Source: Mizuhopecten yessoensis
Lineage: Eukaryota
NCBI RefSeq assembly: GCF_002113885.1
Contig: NW_018408786.1
Location: 411,794-475,793 of the forward strand
Length of the DNA stretch: 64,000 bases
Reading direction: 5' to 3'
Within the stretch, counting starts at the first letter, position 1. Each line of letters starts with the position of its first letter. The notes under the pieces are model-generated. The model was not told the DNA's origin. It made no database searches and was given only the letters and a program-made list of their open reading frames with translations. Below are positions 13,401 through 25,409 of this stretch, piece by piece. Both the position numbers and the translations under genes were made by a program.

Positions 13401-16400
13401 ACCTGATTCATTGAAATTGATAGAGTTGGGGTCTATTTTTACGATGAAAGCCAGGTTGTTGAGCTCAGCCTTTTGACCATTGACTACAGCTGTTTTGAGT
13501 GCCTCTGGTGTGACGGGGCTTGATAGGGTCACTTCGTAGTCTACATTTACACTTCCTTCCCTACAAAATACAGTTTATATGTTATACGAGAATAGATTTT
13601 TTTTCTGGATTTAAGTAAAGTATCTTACATCCGACTGCATGCGCGTGGCATTACCATTGTGAAAAAACCCTTTGAAGTACAGGTCACAAAATCGGGTAAA
13701 AATTCCGATGCTGCAATATGGTAAGTGCCGACAGGAAATTTAATCTTATACACAAATCGAATAGAATATCAACTTTTTTGTGTTGTTTCAAACAGAGGGA
13801 TGTTCAATTAAATTGTTATACTCACATCAGTGACATGAATGGAGGATGATTCGAAATATTCCCAGAATACATTTTCTCATCATTGATGAGAGCGAAATTA
13901 TCTAATTAACGTATTATTGGTACGTATGTAATTAATTTACATGTTTGCAATTATTATGTCTTAATCAATAATATATATATGGAATTTTAGCCCTCATTAC
14001 AATCAGAAATCTTTCAAAAGCTTATTATTTACAATTAGGAACGAAATTGGCCAAGAGATACAGTCCCAGTTGTGTCCGGCTTGGAACAAGTGTACTATAG
14101 TTAGGAACAGTTATCTTAAATGTTGTTGGGTAATTTTGTCTTTTTTTCATTTCAGAGTACCTCCATTGCTATCATTCCTTAAATTTTATTGTGTAATTTT
14201 GTCTTTTTCGTTTTAGATTATCTTCATCGGTCACATGCCTAAAACGTTGTATAGGGCTTATGAACTTCTGGTATTTGAGAACGATATTGTTTATTTGGAA
14301 TACTTCGCGGAGTACTAGAAGTTGCCATGGCCGTGGACATCACATTAATGGCTGGTAGTACATGTAACACATTATGGATATCTAAATAACAATAACAGGG
14401 GTACATCTAAATCAAAAGCATCATATATCAAACTATTAACATTATCGTGTATCCAGGTAAGAAATATAAGTAACTAAAGTCGGAAGCGTACCTAAAGAAG
14501 AGAAACCCTGTGATAGTTTAAACTAGTATTCACTGCTGCTAATAAGCAGTTTTTCTGTAACAGATAGCCCGCGGGCAATCTGCAGACTTTATTCCTGCAA
14601 AATGATAGTTTGAGGTGTGCTAGTAATATAACGTAGCGGACAACACGCAAGAAACAACTGTACACAAATGTCACTTACGTAAGCCGTAATAGCACAACAG
14701 CCAGTAACGTGTTACCAAGGGACGCTTGGAGGATTATTTTCAACTGAGAAAGAAAAATGAACATATCATGCGCATGTATGGCTTACTGTGAATGGAATTA
14801 TCTGAGCAGACATGTAACTCTTTTTAAGTTGCATAAATATGTGAGCTAGTATATGCACAACGTACTGTGTACACACTGATCAGTGATAATCCAAATAGCT
14901 TATTTAAATGTTAACTAATTTATATCAATTTTAGGTATAATTTAGAGCTTTTTTTCTTTTTTAATCCACACAATTAGGAATCACCTTGAACAAAGAAAAC
15001 TTAGATGAAGTTTCAGTTTAATGGACCAACGGCAACTTTAGAAAAAATGAATATGAATCTTTACGTCTGCCACAATACTTTTAGCAACGTTACTGTTCGG
15101 GTCATTAATTAAATGAAGTTTCAGATTAATGGACCAGCGGCAACTTTAGAAATAATGAATATGAATCCTTACGTCTGCCACGATACTTTTAGCAACGTCA
15201 CTGTTCGGATCATTCATTTCTATTGTAAACTGCTGGATAAGAGTCAGGCTACATTCATATGTCTTCAGTTCAGGCTCGTTTCCCCCTGGAAAATAAATTG
15301 TATTAAATCAAAGAACTTTCTCTTAATATAAAGACAAAATACAGAGGTCAACAGCAAAACAGGTGTAGGTAAGAGATGTTCTATAGATGTAGCAAACTAG
15401 ATCTCCTTCTAAATAACTCATTGTTGAAAAAAGCGAAATAAAAAACTGTGAAAACCACCATGCTTAGAAGGAAATTATTTTCGAATTCTTTAAAATGTCA
15501 TGAAGCTAAAAAGCTAAGTAAATTTCCAGTACGTACTCGGAGTGCAGGTGCCATCAGGCTCAGCCCCGTTGGAGTCGTAGAAGCCCGTCGTACACACACA
15601 CTTTTCATTGCATTCAGAATCCGCCGTTTCACATTCTCCTTTTACATTGTTACACGCCGCCCCGAGACCAAGTTCTGTTTAATAGTGAATCACACATTAC
15701 GTCAGTTAGAAAGAATGGAAATAGTGCGAGACATTAAAAAGACTGTGAAATGTTTGTACACTTACTTAGTAACTTCAGGCTAATCAATGAGATCGAACAG
15801 AAGGCAAAGTCCTTATGTCACTTTGGAAAAGATTATATCTTTTTATCTTAAACAATATGTTGATTTTATTTACTGGTACAATATTATTAAAAGGATTCTG
15901 TAAACATTCGGAAATAATCTATGGGTAGAAAAAAGTGTTGTAATTCCGAATGGCAGAACAAGTACTGTAACCTAATGGCAGAACAAGTGCTTTAAACCTA
16001 CGGGCAAAACAAGTATTGTAAACCTACTTGCAGAACAAATGCTTCCAACTTCGTAGAATCCTGCGGTACAGACACATGTGTCGCTGTCTCCACATCTGGC
16101 ATTCTGATCTGCACACTGGTCTGACACGTCGGAGTCACAGCTTCCACCAAGAGCTAGCTCTGAATCGAAAATGTTAGCAACTCATTTACACAATTTGTAT
16201 TGGGAAAGTAAAAGTTGTGACTGTTATATTCAGATATCGGTACATTTAAGATAAAAAAAATGTAGAGCACATGCAAAAATCACAGGCATCACATCAAAAT
16301 CTCCTCAGCAAGAGAATTATTGCTTAATTAGGATCACTTCTAAAATACTGATATCTGAAAGGTCATAACTACATGTACATTTCTAAAATATTTTTCTACT

Positions 16401-19400
16401 GAAATAAGACATTACCCCTTAGTAGAAATACACTCCAAATTATTATTATAGGAACAACATGTTCTTATGTGAGCTTTATATATTGAAACGAGTAATGACA
16501 GATATTGTTTCGACAAACAATCGAATCGACCGAATAGAACTGCAATACCTCAACTTACAAGTAGTCAGTTAACTCAACTTATAGATATAGTTGGTTGTCC
16601 CTACCAATCAGAGCCCACAGAAAACATTTTTGAAGTAATTTCAACTTTTAAAATTTCAATGTAAAGTATTCTATCTTTGGGTCCTTCCCATGGGTATGAT
16701 GTAAGTCAATCACACTGTAATAATGTATACGTCTGTCAATCAGGGGGAAAGGAAGAAGGGTTGGGTACTTATAGTGTGTCTTCAAGCATCCTTGGCCGTT
16801 GGGAACATTATTATTACCATTGAAGTAAACAGTAAACAGTAAACAGTATATGACGTACGTGCTGCACAGATTCCGCCGGGGCTCCTGTAGAAACCTTCTT
16901 TACAGCTACACGATAAAACACCTTTTCCTGAACAATCAGCGTTCATGTCGGCACATTGATCGGGTATTCCAATAGAACAAGTCTGACCAAGTGCTAGCGC
17001 TGTGAACATTAAACAAAGTTGACAGGTAGGAGTAGAAATATATAGTCAAAGATGACATATAATGATAATATACAGCACTTCTTAGTGCTCAATGTCATTT
17101 GGAAATTTACTCCTAGTGGTTTAACAGCACATGTAAAAGTATCATTCCAGATTCATGGAAGTGTTTATAATACATATATACTACATATTCTACCTGTGAA
17201 TATGAGGTGATTTGGTATTTACCGGACAATTGTGACAAAAGAGGGCTATAAAGGTAGAAGTAGACAGTTTAGTAGTAGAAACCCTTGGAATTTTTAAGGG
17301 TTGTCAGCTCTCTGGTAGGAAATGGTAAACTGTTCCAGGAGGTTGCTGCTACCTTACCAAAACATCGGTTTATATAAGTCACGGTAAGAGATTTTCTGAA
17401 ACATAGCCAGGATTCTGTGTCCGACGGCTGATAAATGGTGACAAGCTCCTGTATATACTTAGTTACTGTTCCAATCTGTGACATATACATGTGCCTCGCC
17501 TTTCTTAACTGTAGTCTATATCGTTAAGGTAACCGATCCAACACATACATGTATGTAGAAAACGTTTAACCAGACGTGTTGCAGTGTTCTGGACTCTCTG
17601 CGGAAGACTTTGATTAGTTTATCGTATTTATCACCGAGCAATGCATAATCGTGGTTCAGACGAGAATGTAGATTTCCCAAACGATGGATAAAAGGTTTCT
17701 TATAACCTTGCCGAAGATTGAAACAAAGTAGATTATATGTGCATTTCACATCGTTTATCCATATAAAACATTTAGAAAAAAATGTTTGGGTAATAAATGA
17801 TGCCCTTAAATCCCTTTATTGGCAGGTAATGGGTTTAGGGAATTGTATTTTACATGTAATTAATAACGTGGGGATATAATACTTCATTAATGAGAATTGA
17901 GTGGGCAATACCTGGACAAACTTCCTGCTAGTTTAAGCCAAGAACCCATATTTCTCACAATCTTTTCACAATCTTTATTTTTAAATAATGCAACAGAAAG
18001 AAACTTTCAAAAAGGAGAGAGAAAGGAAAACTAAATAGCAGATTAGGATGCTATTACGTGTCGACAATGAGATAGGAGGTGTTTGTAGAATGTTTTCAAT
18101 CCCAGTGTTGTGATAAATATGTTTTATATTTATTTCTTGAATCAGTAGTAGACGTCTGTCCAACTGGAAAAGACCAATGGTCCAGCACTGGCAAGCTCTT
18201 TCCTAAAATGTTAAAAAAATTCTGTGCATAATTATTTGCAACTTTTTTCTTATGGAATAATATTGAGAATTGAAAGATTAAATACTTACTACTCAAACAA
18301 CCTCCAGCATCAGCAGCTCCGTTCGAGTCGAAGTAGCCATTTGCACATACACATGTTCCCTGCACGCACTCAGAATTAGATTCATTACATGCAGTTGGGG
18401 TGACGGTACAGTTAGCTCCAAGAGGAATTTCTATCAAAATATAGTTGTGCATATATGTGAATATACTTAAAATATTCCAGTTTAAGAACAGAGAACACTG
18501 ATAAATGAAAAACATTCATGTATACTGATTATTGAAATACGATGTATATGTGGAGACACAAAACAGAGTGTACAGTGGCATTTGCGGTCACATTGAAATA
18601 ATGATTAAAGCAGCAACATTTAAAATATAAATGGAAACATTGAATGAAGAATATACCCATGAAAATATTGACAAACCAATCCTATAAGCATTGGGTAGAA
18701 ATCGATTAAAAATAAAACACATTCAAATAATTATGTTCCAAATATCAAATATGGATAACACAAGGCGAAATATAAAAAATATCACACTGAAAGCATTAAG
18801 AATTCTTAAAATACACAACTTAAAGCACATGCTTCATCTTTAAAGTCATAAAATAAACACTGATGAGGAAAATATAAGGAAACGCTTTAAATCAGACCGG
18901 TTAAATAAATACACCGGTGATGCAAATAAGGCATTTATTACGCACACATAAATATAGAAAATGCATACAAAAACATTACTAATGCACACTTAAACATTTT
19001 TTATATAAAATATAAAAGTAAAACATTGATAAAACAATAATAACGAAAGTAAAACAAAAAGAAAGCACAAAAACATTGCGAAAAGCAAATAAAACATTGA
19101 TAATACATAGTAAAGTATTGATAATGAATACTTAAACATAGATGATATAAAAAAAAAAAAACCACATACAACATTGATAATACATAGTAAGTATTGATAA
19201 TGAATACTTAAACATAGATGATATATAAAAAAACACATAAAACATTGATAATTCACAGAAGAATATTTATAAAGAACACTTAAACATAGATACTATAAAA
19301 AATACTAAAACATTGAGAAAGCACATTAAACATTGATAATGTGTACTACACGTTGAGAACACACACTGAAACATTAACTATGCAAACTTAAACATTGACT

Positions 19401-22400
19401 ATACACAAGAAAACATTGATAATGAACAAAACATCAGTAATGCTGCTCAAATATGTTAATAAACACAAAAGTATTGATAAGCACACTACAACATTGATAA
19501 CGCACACTTAAACACTGCAAACACACACATAAACATTGATAATATACACTTAAACATGGATAGAGAAAGCACACTTAAACACTGTAAACACACATAAACA
19601 TTGATGATGCAACTTTGATATTGATAATATACAGTAAAATATTTATAATGCTAGTTAACATTAGTAATGCACACTGAGACACGACAAAAGTCTGAAATAA
19701 TGCTTTGAAAAAAATGACTGTGCAAACGGTCAATGCTAATACCTACCTGTATCATGATATATACTCAAGCAAAACTGTGTTGTATACAAGTATGTTGTGT
19801 GTTAATATTTTAATGTACATTATTGTATACGCCCGCACACATTTCAATCACATCAGTTTAATTAATATATGCAAACAAACGCTTGGTTCAGAATGCCTCA
19901 ATTAGGCCGAGTTTAGTATTTGTCCCTCGTTTTATATGTGGTAATGATAGTTGTAGGTTTAGTAGTGGTTATTGTTGGTGTGTATTCCGTAATGGAAACC
20001 GTCCTATTAGCTGGAAAAAGAATAAGTTATGATACGTATGCATGTAAAGTATACAAAGCAAGCGACGATTACCGCGATGGCAATCCACTCCAACCCGCTT
20101 ATTACAACGAGAGTGCTACCACTTCGACGTATAGCGAAAGGATACATTACCTGGCATTGTAGTCAGAACTGGTGTGGTAGATGTAGTAGTGGGAGTGGCA
20201 GATGTGGTTGTGGGTGTGGCAGTTGTCGGAGTGGATGTGGAATTTGTGGTTGTAGGTGTAGCAGTTGGGTGTGGAAGTTGTGGTTGTGTGTGTGTTGGTA
20301 GTGGGTGTGGCAGTTGTGGTTGTGTGTGTGGTGGAAGTGGGTTTGAAAGTTTTTGTTGTGTGTGTGGTGGTAGTGAGTGTGGAAGTTGTGGTTGTGTGTG
20401 TGGTGTTAGCGGGTGTGGCAGTTGTTATTGTGTGTGTGGTGGTAGCGGGTTTGAAAGTTGTTGTTGTGTGTGTGGTGGGAATGGGTTTGGAAGTTGTGGT
20501 TGTATGTGTGGTGGGAGTGGGTTTGAAAGTTTTTGTTGTGTGTGTGGTGGTAGTGGGTGTGGACGTTGTGGTTGTGTGTGTGGTGGAAGTGGGTTTGGAA
20601 GTTGTGGTTGTGTGTGTGGTGTTAGCGGGTTTGGAAGTTGTGGTTGTGTATGTGGTGGGAGTGGGTGTGGAAGTTGTGGGTGTGTGTGTGGTGGAAGTGG
20701 GTTTTAAAGTTGTTGTTGTGTGTGTGATGGGAGTGGGTTTGGAAGGTGTGATTGTGTGTGTGGTGTTAATGGGTTTGACAGTTGTTGTTGTGTGGGGGGG
20801 GGGGGGGGGGGTAGTGGGTGTGGAGGTTGTGGTTGTGTGTGTGGTGTTAGCGGGTGTGGAAGTTGTGGTTGTGTGTGTGGTGGTAATGAGTGTGGTGGTA
20901 ATGGGTGTGGAAGTTGTGGATGTCGGAATGGTGGTAGTGGGTTTGGAAGTTGTGGTTTTCGGTGTGGTAACTGTGGTTGTGAGGGTGGTGGTGGTACTGG
21001 TAGTGAATGTTGCAGTTTGTGTGGTAATTTTAGTTGTCGGTGTGGTATTGGCAGTGGTGGTGGTGGTTGTGGGTGTGGTTGGTTTCGGTGTTGTAATTGT
21101 CGTTTTATATGTGGTAATGATAGTTGTAGGTTTAGAATTGGTTTTTGTTGGTTTTTATTCCGTAATGGAATCTGTCATATTAGCTGGAAAAGAATAAGAT
21201 ATAAGACGCATGCATGCAAAGTATAATGGTAATATGTTTATACTCACAAATACCAACCTTACTGGCATTATACAACCGATGGCGTTAAAATCGCATACTC
21301 GTTTGGCTTCTCACGGTGGTGATATAATAGTTGCTCCACTCTTCCTGTGCCTGCTTTTTAGAAGTGGAAGACAAATCATAAAGCATTGTATACATGTGAC
21401 TCACCTTGAATTTCTGTTGTGGTAACAAAAGTAGTCGTCGGTGTGGTAGTGGTGGTTGTGGTGGTTGTGGTGGTGGTAGGTGTGGTAGTTGTGGGTGTGG
21501 TAGTGGTGGTTGTGGGTGTGGTAGTGGTGGTTGTGGGTGTGGTAGTGGTGATGGTGGTGGTTGTCGGTGTCGCAATAGTGGTTGTAGGAGTGGTTGTGGT
21601 GGTTGTCGGTGTGGTAGTTGTGGTTGTCGGTGTGGTAGTGGTGGTTGTGGGTGTGGTAGTGGTGATGGTGGTGGTTGTCGGTGTCGCAATAGTGGTTGTA
21701 GGAGTGGTTGTGGTGGTTGTCGGTGTGGTAGTTGTGGTTGTCGGTTTTGTAGTTGTGGTTGTCGGTGTGGTAGTTGTGGTTGTCGGTGTGGTAGTGGTGG
21801 TTGTCGGTGTGGTAGTGGTGGTTGTGGGTGTGGTAGTGGTGGTTGTCGGTGTGGTAGTGGTGGTTGTCGGTGTGGTAGTGGTGGTTGTCGGTGTGGTAGT
21901 GGTGGTTGTCGGTGTGGTAGTGGTGGTTGTCGGTGTGGTAGTGGTGGTTGTCGGTGTGGTAGTGGTGGTTGTCGGTGTGGTAGTGGTGGTTGTCGGTGTG
22001 GTCGTTGTGGTTGTCGATGTGGTAGTGGTGGTTGTCGGTGTGGTCGTTGTGGTTGTCGGTGTGGTCGTTGTGGTTGTCGATGTGGTAGTGGTGGTTGTCG
22101 GTGTGGTCGTTGTGGTTGTCGGTGTGGTAGTGGTGGTTGTTTGTTCAGTGGTAGAAGTGGTTGTCGGTGTGGTCGTTGTGGTTGTCGGTGTGGTAGTTGT
22201 GGTTGTTTCTTCTGTGGTTATAGTTGTGGGTTGTGTTGTTGTAGTTGTAAGTTCTGTGGTTATAGTTGTGGGTTGTGTTGTTGTAGTTGTAAGTTCTGTG
22301 GTTATAGTTGTGGGTTGTGTGGTTGTAGTTGTGGGTTGTGTTGTCGTAGTTGTAAGTTCTGTGGTTGTAGTTGTGGGTTGTGTGGTTATAGTTGTGGGTT

Positions 22401-22844
22401 GTGTTGTTGTAGTTGTAAGTTCTGTGGTTATAGTTGTGGGTTGTGTTGTTGTAGTTGTAAGTTCTGTGGTTATAGTTGTGGGTTGTGTGGTTGTAGTTGT
22501 GGGTTGTGTTGTCGTAGTTGTAAGTTCTGTGGTTGTAGTTGTGGGTTGTGTGGTTATAGTTGTGGGTTGTGTTGTTGTAGTTGTAAGTTCTGTGGTTATA
22601 GTTGTGGGTTGTGTTGTTGTAGTTGTAAGTTCTGTGGTTATAGTTGTGGGTTGTGTGGTTGTAGTTGTGGGTTGTGTTGTCGTAGTTGTAAGTTCTGTGG
22701 TTGTAGTTGTGGGTTGTGTTGTTGTAGTTGTGGGTTGTGTTGTTGTAGTTGTAAGTTCTGTGGTTATAGTTGTGGGTTGTGTTGTTGTAGTTGTAAGTTC
22801 TGTGGTTGTAGTTGTAGCTTCTGTTGAAGTTGTCGTTGAACTAT
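1..22844 (-). CDS. Mucin/EB-EGF/SEA/cadherin-repeat protein (Fat/protocadherin-like cadherin superfamily member); partial, 3' end beyond the left edge, 5' end unresolved
   Basis: Phase-compatible GT-AG exons, 5'->3': 22844-21405, 18430-18290, 16999-16859, 16159-16028, 15674-15537, 15285-15173, 14743-14679, 13560-13403, 12313-12125, 11334-11263, 10434-9203, 8804-8697, 8324-8208, 8047-7791, 7112-6672, 6565-6332, 5786-5249, 4061-3884, 3578-3475, 3058-2903, 1436-1334, 986-696, 128-<1. There are eight DxNDNxPxF linkers plus LDRE/LDYE/LDFE and AxDxG cadherin Ca-binding motifs. The join of the mucin exon to 18430 is inferred from phase only. Confidence 0.85.
12125..12313 (-). CDS. EGF-like exon between the SEA domain and the cadherin stalk
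   Basis: Phase 1-1 exon VQVPCVKTGSNRTDILLNGRCGDHSETGVCVTPNSACVERFGEWSCRCESGFIQTKDQRSCTP, with the EGF C-x-C-x2-G-F-x7-C end. Confidence 0.88.
13403..15285 (-). CDS. SEA domain split over three exons (15285-15173, 14743-14679, 13560-13403)
   Basis: Spliced translation GNEPELKTYECSLTLIQQFTIEMNDPNSDVAKSIVAD|LKIILQASLGNTLLAVVLLRLT|EGSVNVDYEVTLSSPVTPEALKTAVVNG...IDPNSINF. This fits the SEA pattern (F-T-x2-[LM]-x-D-x2-S ... GSVxVDY ... IDPxSI). Phases 1/0/2/1 are consistent. Confidence 0.8.
15537..18430 (-). CDS. Four tandem phase 1-1 exons, each a 6-Cys EB/EGF-like module
   Basis: Exons 18430-18290, 16999-16859, 16159-16028, 15674-15537. Each reads LGxxC...C...NxxC...CxCxxG[FY][FY]...C, e.g. LALGQTCSIGIPDQCADMNADCSGKGVLSCSCKEGFYRSPGGICAA. 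Confidence 0.88.
17270..17700 (-). mobile_element. Degenerate 3' end of a CR1/L2-group LINE ORF2, intronic
   Basis: Frameshifted fragments SRLNHDYALLG..KL, RVQNTATRLV, KYIQELVTIYQPS and RCFGKVAATSWNSLPFPTRELTTL resemble the post-RT C-terminus of L2/CR1 elements. Confidence 0.65.
18960..19640. repeat. Degenerate A-rich intronic tandem repeat
   Basis: Recurring aaacattgataat and cacttaaaca motifs with irregular spacing. Confidence 0.7.
19913..20010 (-). CDS. Short duplicated Thr-rich exon ending in a stop; candidate alternative terminal exon
   Basis: Acceptor ttttccag, then ANRTVSITEYTPTITTTKPTTIITTYKTRDKY*. 19927-20053 is a diverged copy of 21100-21225. Confidence 0.4.
20151..21183 (-). pseudogene. 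Second Thr-rich mucin exon, disrupted (pseudo-exon or stop-containing terminal exon)
   Basis: Good acceptor (ttttccag) and donor (CCAG|gtaatg). It has an in-frame TAA at 21157-21155 (ANMTDSITE*), a frameshift near 20266, a length of 1033 bp (not 3n) and a G-run at ~20794-20811. Confidence 0.65.
21405..22844 (-). CDS. Thr/Pro-rich mucin-type exon (480 codons; TTTTTQPTTITTEL and TTTPTTT repeats)
   Basis: 1440-bp phase 1-1 exon with acceptor ttcag|AT and donor CAAG|gtgagt. The Thr-rich minus-strand frame is open throughout; the poly-Val ORF 21419-22873 (+) is its antisense mirror. Confidence 0.8.
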
Positions 22845-22950
22845 CTGAAACAAATACAGTAATTTCTAGTTAACATTAATTGTCTAGCCCTGACGCTTAT
22901 GATACCACCTATCTCAATTTTTTTTTAAATGAGTACTCACCGATACTCAC

Positions 22951-23217
22951 CTTCCCACCATTCGGGAGACCTTCGACTGCTGAAATGTACTGGTATATAC
23001 ATACCTGCATGTATAACTGTATTTGCCTCCCATTGTCTGTTACAATCTGAACTTATCAGTTCTAAGTGTGCTTGTATGTTCTGTCATGATATCGCCTCCA
23101 ATGGTCTGTCGAAATTCCATCTCCATTCGACTATTATAATTTCAACCCCAACAACCTCTGTCGCAATTTTTCTTTTCAGTCTCGCTTTCCATTCTCTGTT
23201 GTGATTTCTCCTCCTTC
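22951..23217 (-). pseudogene. Exon-like segment upstream of the mucin exon, with one in-frame TGA
   Basis: 267-bp phase 1-1 segment (acag| ... GAAG|gtgagt) in frame with the mucin exon; open except for TGA at 23086-23084. Confidence 0.4.
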
Positions 23218-24493
23218 CTGTCGTGATAATTAATGTAATACCGTTCATATTTTAGCAAAAGCAGAATGATCAAATTGAACAATGAACTTTCAATTGAACC
23301 AATCTTAAAATCTTAAAACATTTCTTTATATATAGGAAGGTTCACTGGCATAACAGTGAAAATGTCATAAATACTAGCGACATCAATCTTGGCAAAATTG
23401 ACTGACATCTGTATGGTGTAAACTAACGAAACGTGTCATCAAGAATACCATCAGGTATCATGAAAACAAGAGGACCAATGGGCATGCATCGTGTATGTAT
23501 TATTAAGTAGTGTATATTTTTAATGTTGTGAGGATCTTAATGGCGTTTCAAACCAAATTAAGTTAAGTATAAATGCTTTAGACATAGTGTGATTGAACAC
23601 ATATTCGCTATTTCCCTTCTATTGTTCTGTACCTATTTGTACAACATCAAATCACTTGTGTCAAGTGCTTTAAGGTAAATGTTCCATCCATACCTGTGTA
23701 TCTCCCACACTGGGAACGGAGGTAGATTCACAATGCTGGGAATATCTGAGGACTGGATACCTACACCAGGCCAAGACCATAACGTCACCTGTGTTGATAT
23801 AAATCTCATAAAAGGGATTTTACCGTTCACCACGCGATCTTCTTCGGGTACAACCCAATCCTGTGGTCGACGGGGAAATTGTCACCTGTCTTCTCTCCAA
23901 TTATCTACAAATGGGAAACAATATATAAAACAAGGTAATCGTACAAGTCAGTTTCTATAACAACATACGTATAAGCTAATTGTATTAATTATATATCTAT
24001 GTACTGTAAAGCGCTTTAGAATGGCTTATGTTAGCTTATTATTATACGTCATACGAGAGTTCCTCTAACTTCTAACCTCGACCAGAATATAAATCGTAGT
24101 CTGTTTTATATACTTCTATAAAATATTGTCAGCATACACATGTTGATGATATTAAACCTAATAAAGGTCTACATTACAATGCTAATTGTTGTCCTAGCCC
24201 ACCAGACAAAAGACATAGAAATACAGTTTGGCTGTGTATTACAAACTCCATTCATTCTTACGCTATGTACTGATATTGTAAATACAGTTTGGCTGTGTAT
24301 TACAAACTCCATTCATTCTTACACTATGTACTAATATTGTACATTGAAATTGATTGCGGTTGAAATAGCTCTGAAATCTGAACATATTTACAGCTGACAT
24401 TTAACATGAACTAACGGTCTGTATAACTTTGATAATCACATCACGCATAATAAACGGTCTGCATAATTATCTTTATCATTACAGACTTGCCTG

Positions 24494-24662
24494 TATTCCG
24501 TCTTTGCTCTCTTGAGAGCAGGTATTGATTGTTACGTCATTTGTTTGTGAGAGTAACGTCATCATTTTTTGAGAAAACGACGTAATTTGCTCACACAAAC
24601 CAATGACGTAACAATCAATACCTGCTCTTAAGAGAAGATAACTCAATACGCAAAGACGGAAT
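24494..24662. mobile_element. Palindromic MITE, family A, copy 1
   Basis: Long TIRs tattccgtctttgc...gcaggtattgattgttacgtca; the homologous copy at 44102-44291 is in opposite orientation. Confidence 0.8.
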
Positions 24663-25409
24663 TAGAGTGTGATCGACGGAAGGTCATTGTATTTTCTTCA
24701 CACTCTTATACAAGCAGGTCTAAGCACACTTCAGGTCACAACTGTTGTAAAGAGACCACAAACACAAACAATTACCACTGATGTGGTGGTAGTAACATAA
24801 AACGTGAGCTAGAATTACAAGTCCTCTGAGCAACAATTCATCTTCAACTCAGTTTCATCAAACACATTAATTAAAAACATCAAACAATAATAGGAAGGTA
24901 TCTTAACAAAATCGATAGAGTTACTATTTATCATCATGTGTTAAACAGTTATAGTGAAATCAATGTAAAAAAAAAAGAAATCAGGAAATCGTTATCAGTT
25001 TTATTTAATAGGAATGGAAATGGTACTACAGCGGTTCAAAGGTACGCTCTCTTCAAATTGGACAGTTTATCACTTTAGCTACTACAAAAAATATACTGAT
25101 CATTATCTGACTTACTTCACATAGTAACACAGCACAACCTCGAAAGTATGTCCCTCTTTTCATATGCCACCTAATTCATTACCAACATATTTAAATGTCC
25201 CCATTTCACTCAATTTCTTAAGAATTCCCCTTAAATTTATCGCCAAACCCCTGTATAACGCCACAAATCATTAGTCAAACTAAGAAGATATACCGATTTC
25301 AGAACAAAGTACAGTGAATAAGACAAGAACCAATGCTATTTTCTTGCTTTAAAAGTAAAATTGGTATGAGTTTCTAGTATCTAAAATTAATTATATAAGA
25401 TTAGTTACC

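Noticed and set aside
13826-13901. Possible alternative exon bypassing the first two SEA exons (perfect gtgagt donor, open phase 1-2 frame)
   Set aside because: The acceptor lacks a pyrimidine tract, the peptide has no SEA character, and exons 15285-15173 and 14743-14679 already complete the domain.
20174-22873. Long Cys/Gly-rich (keratin-associated or metallothionein-like) and poly-Val ORFs on the plus strand
   Set aside because: They are antisense shadows of the ACN-rich Thr codons of the minus-strand mucin exons. The splice signals and gene context are on the minus strand.
23084-23884. Selenocysteine or read-through at the two in-frame TGA codons
   Set aside because: There is no selenoprotein-like context, no SECIS that I can identify, and the two blocks do not join in frame.
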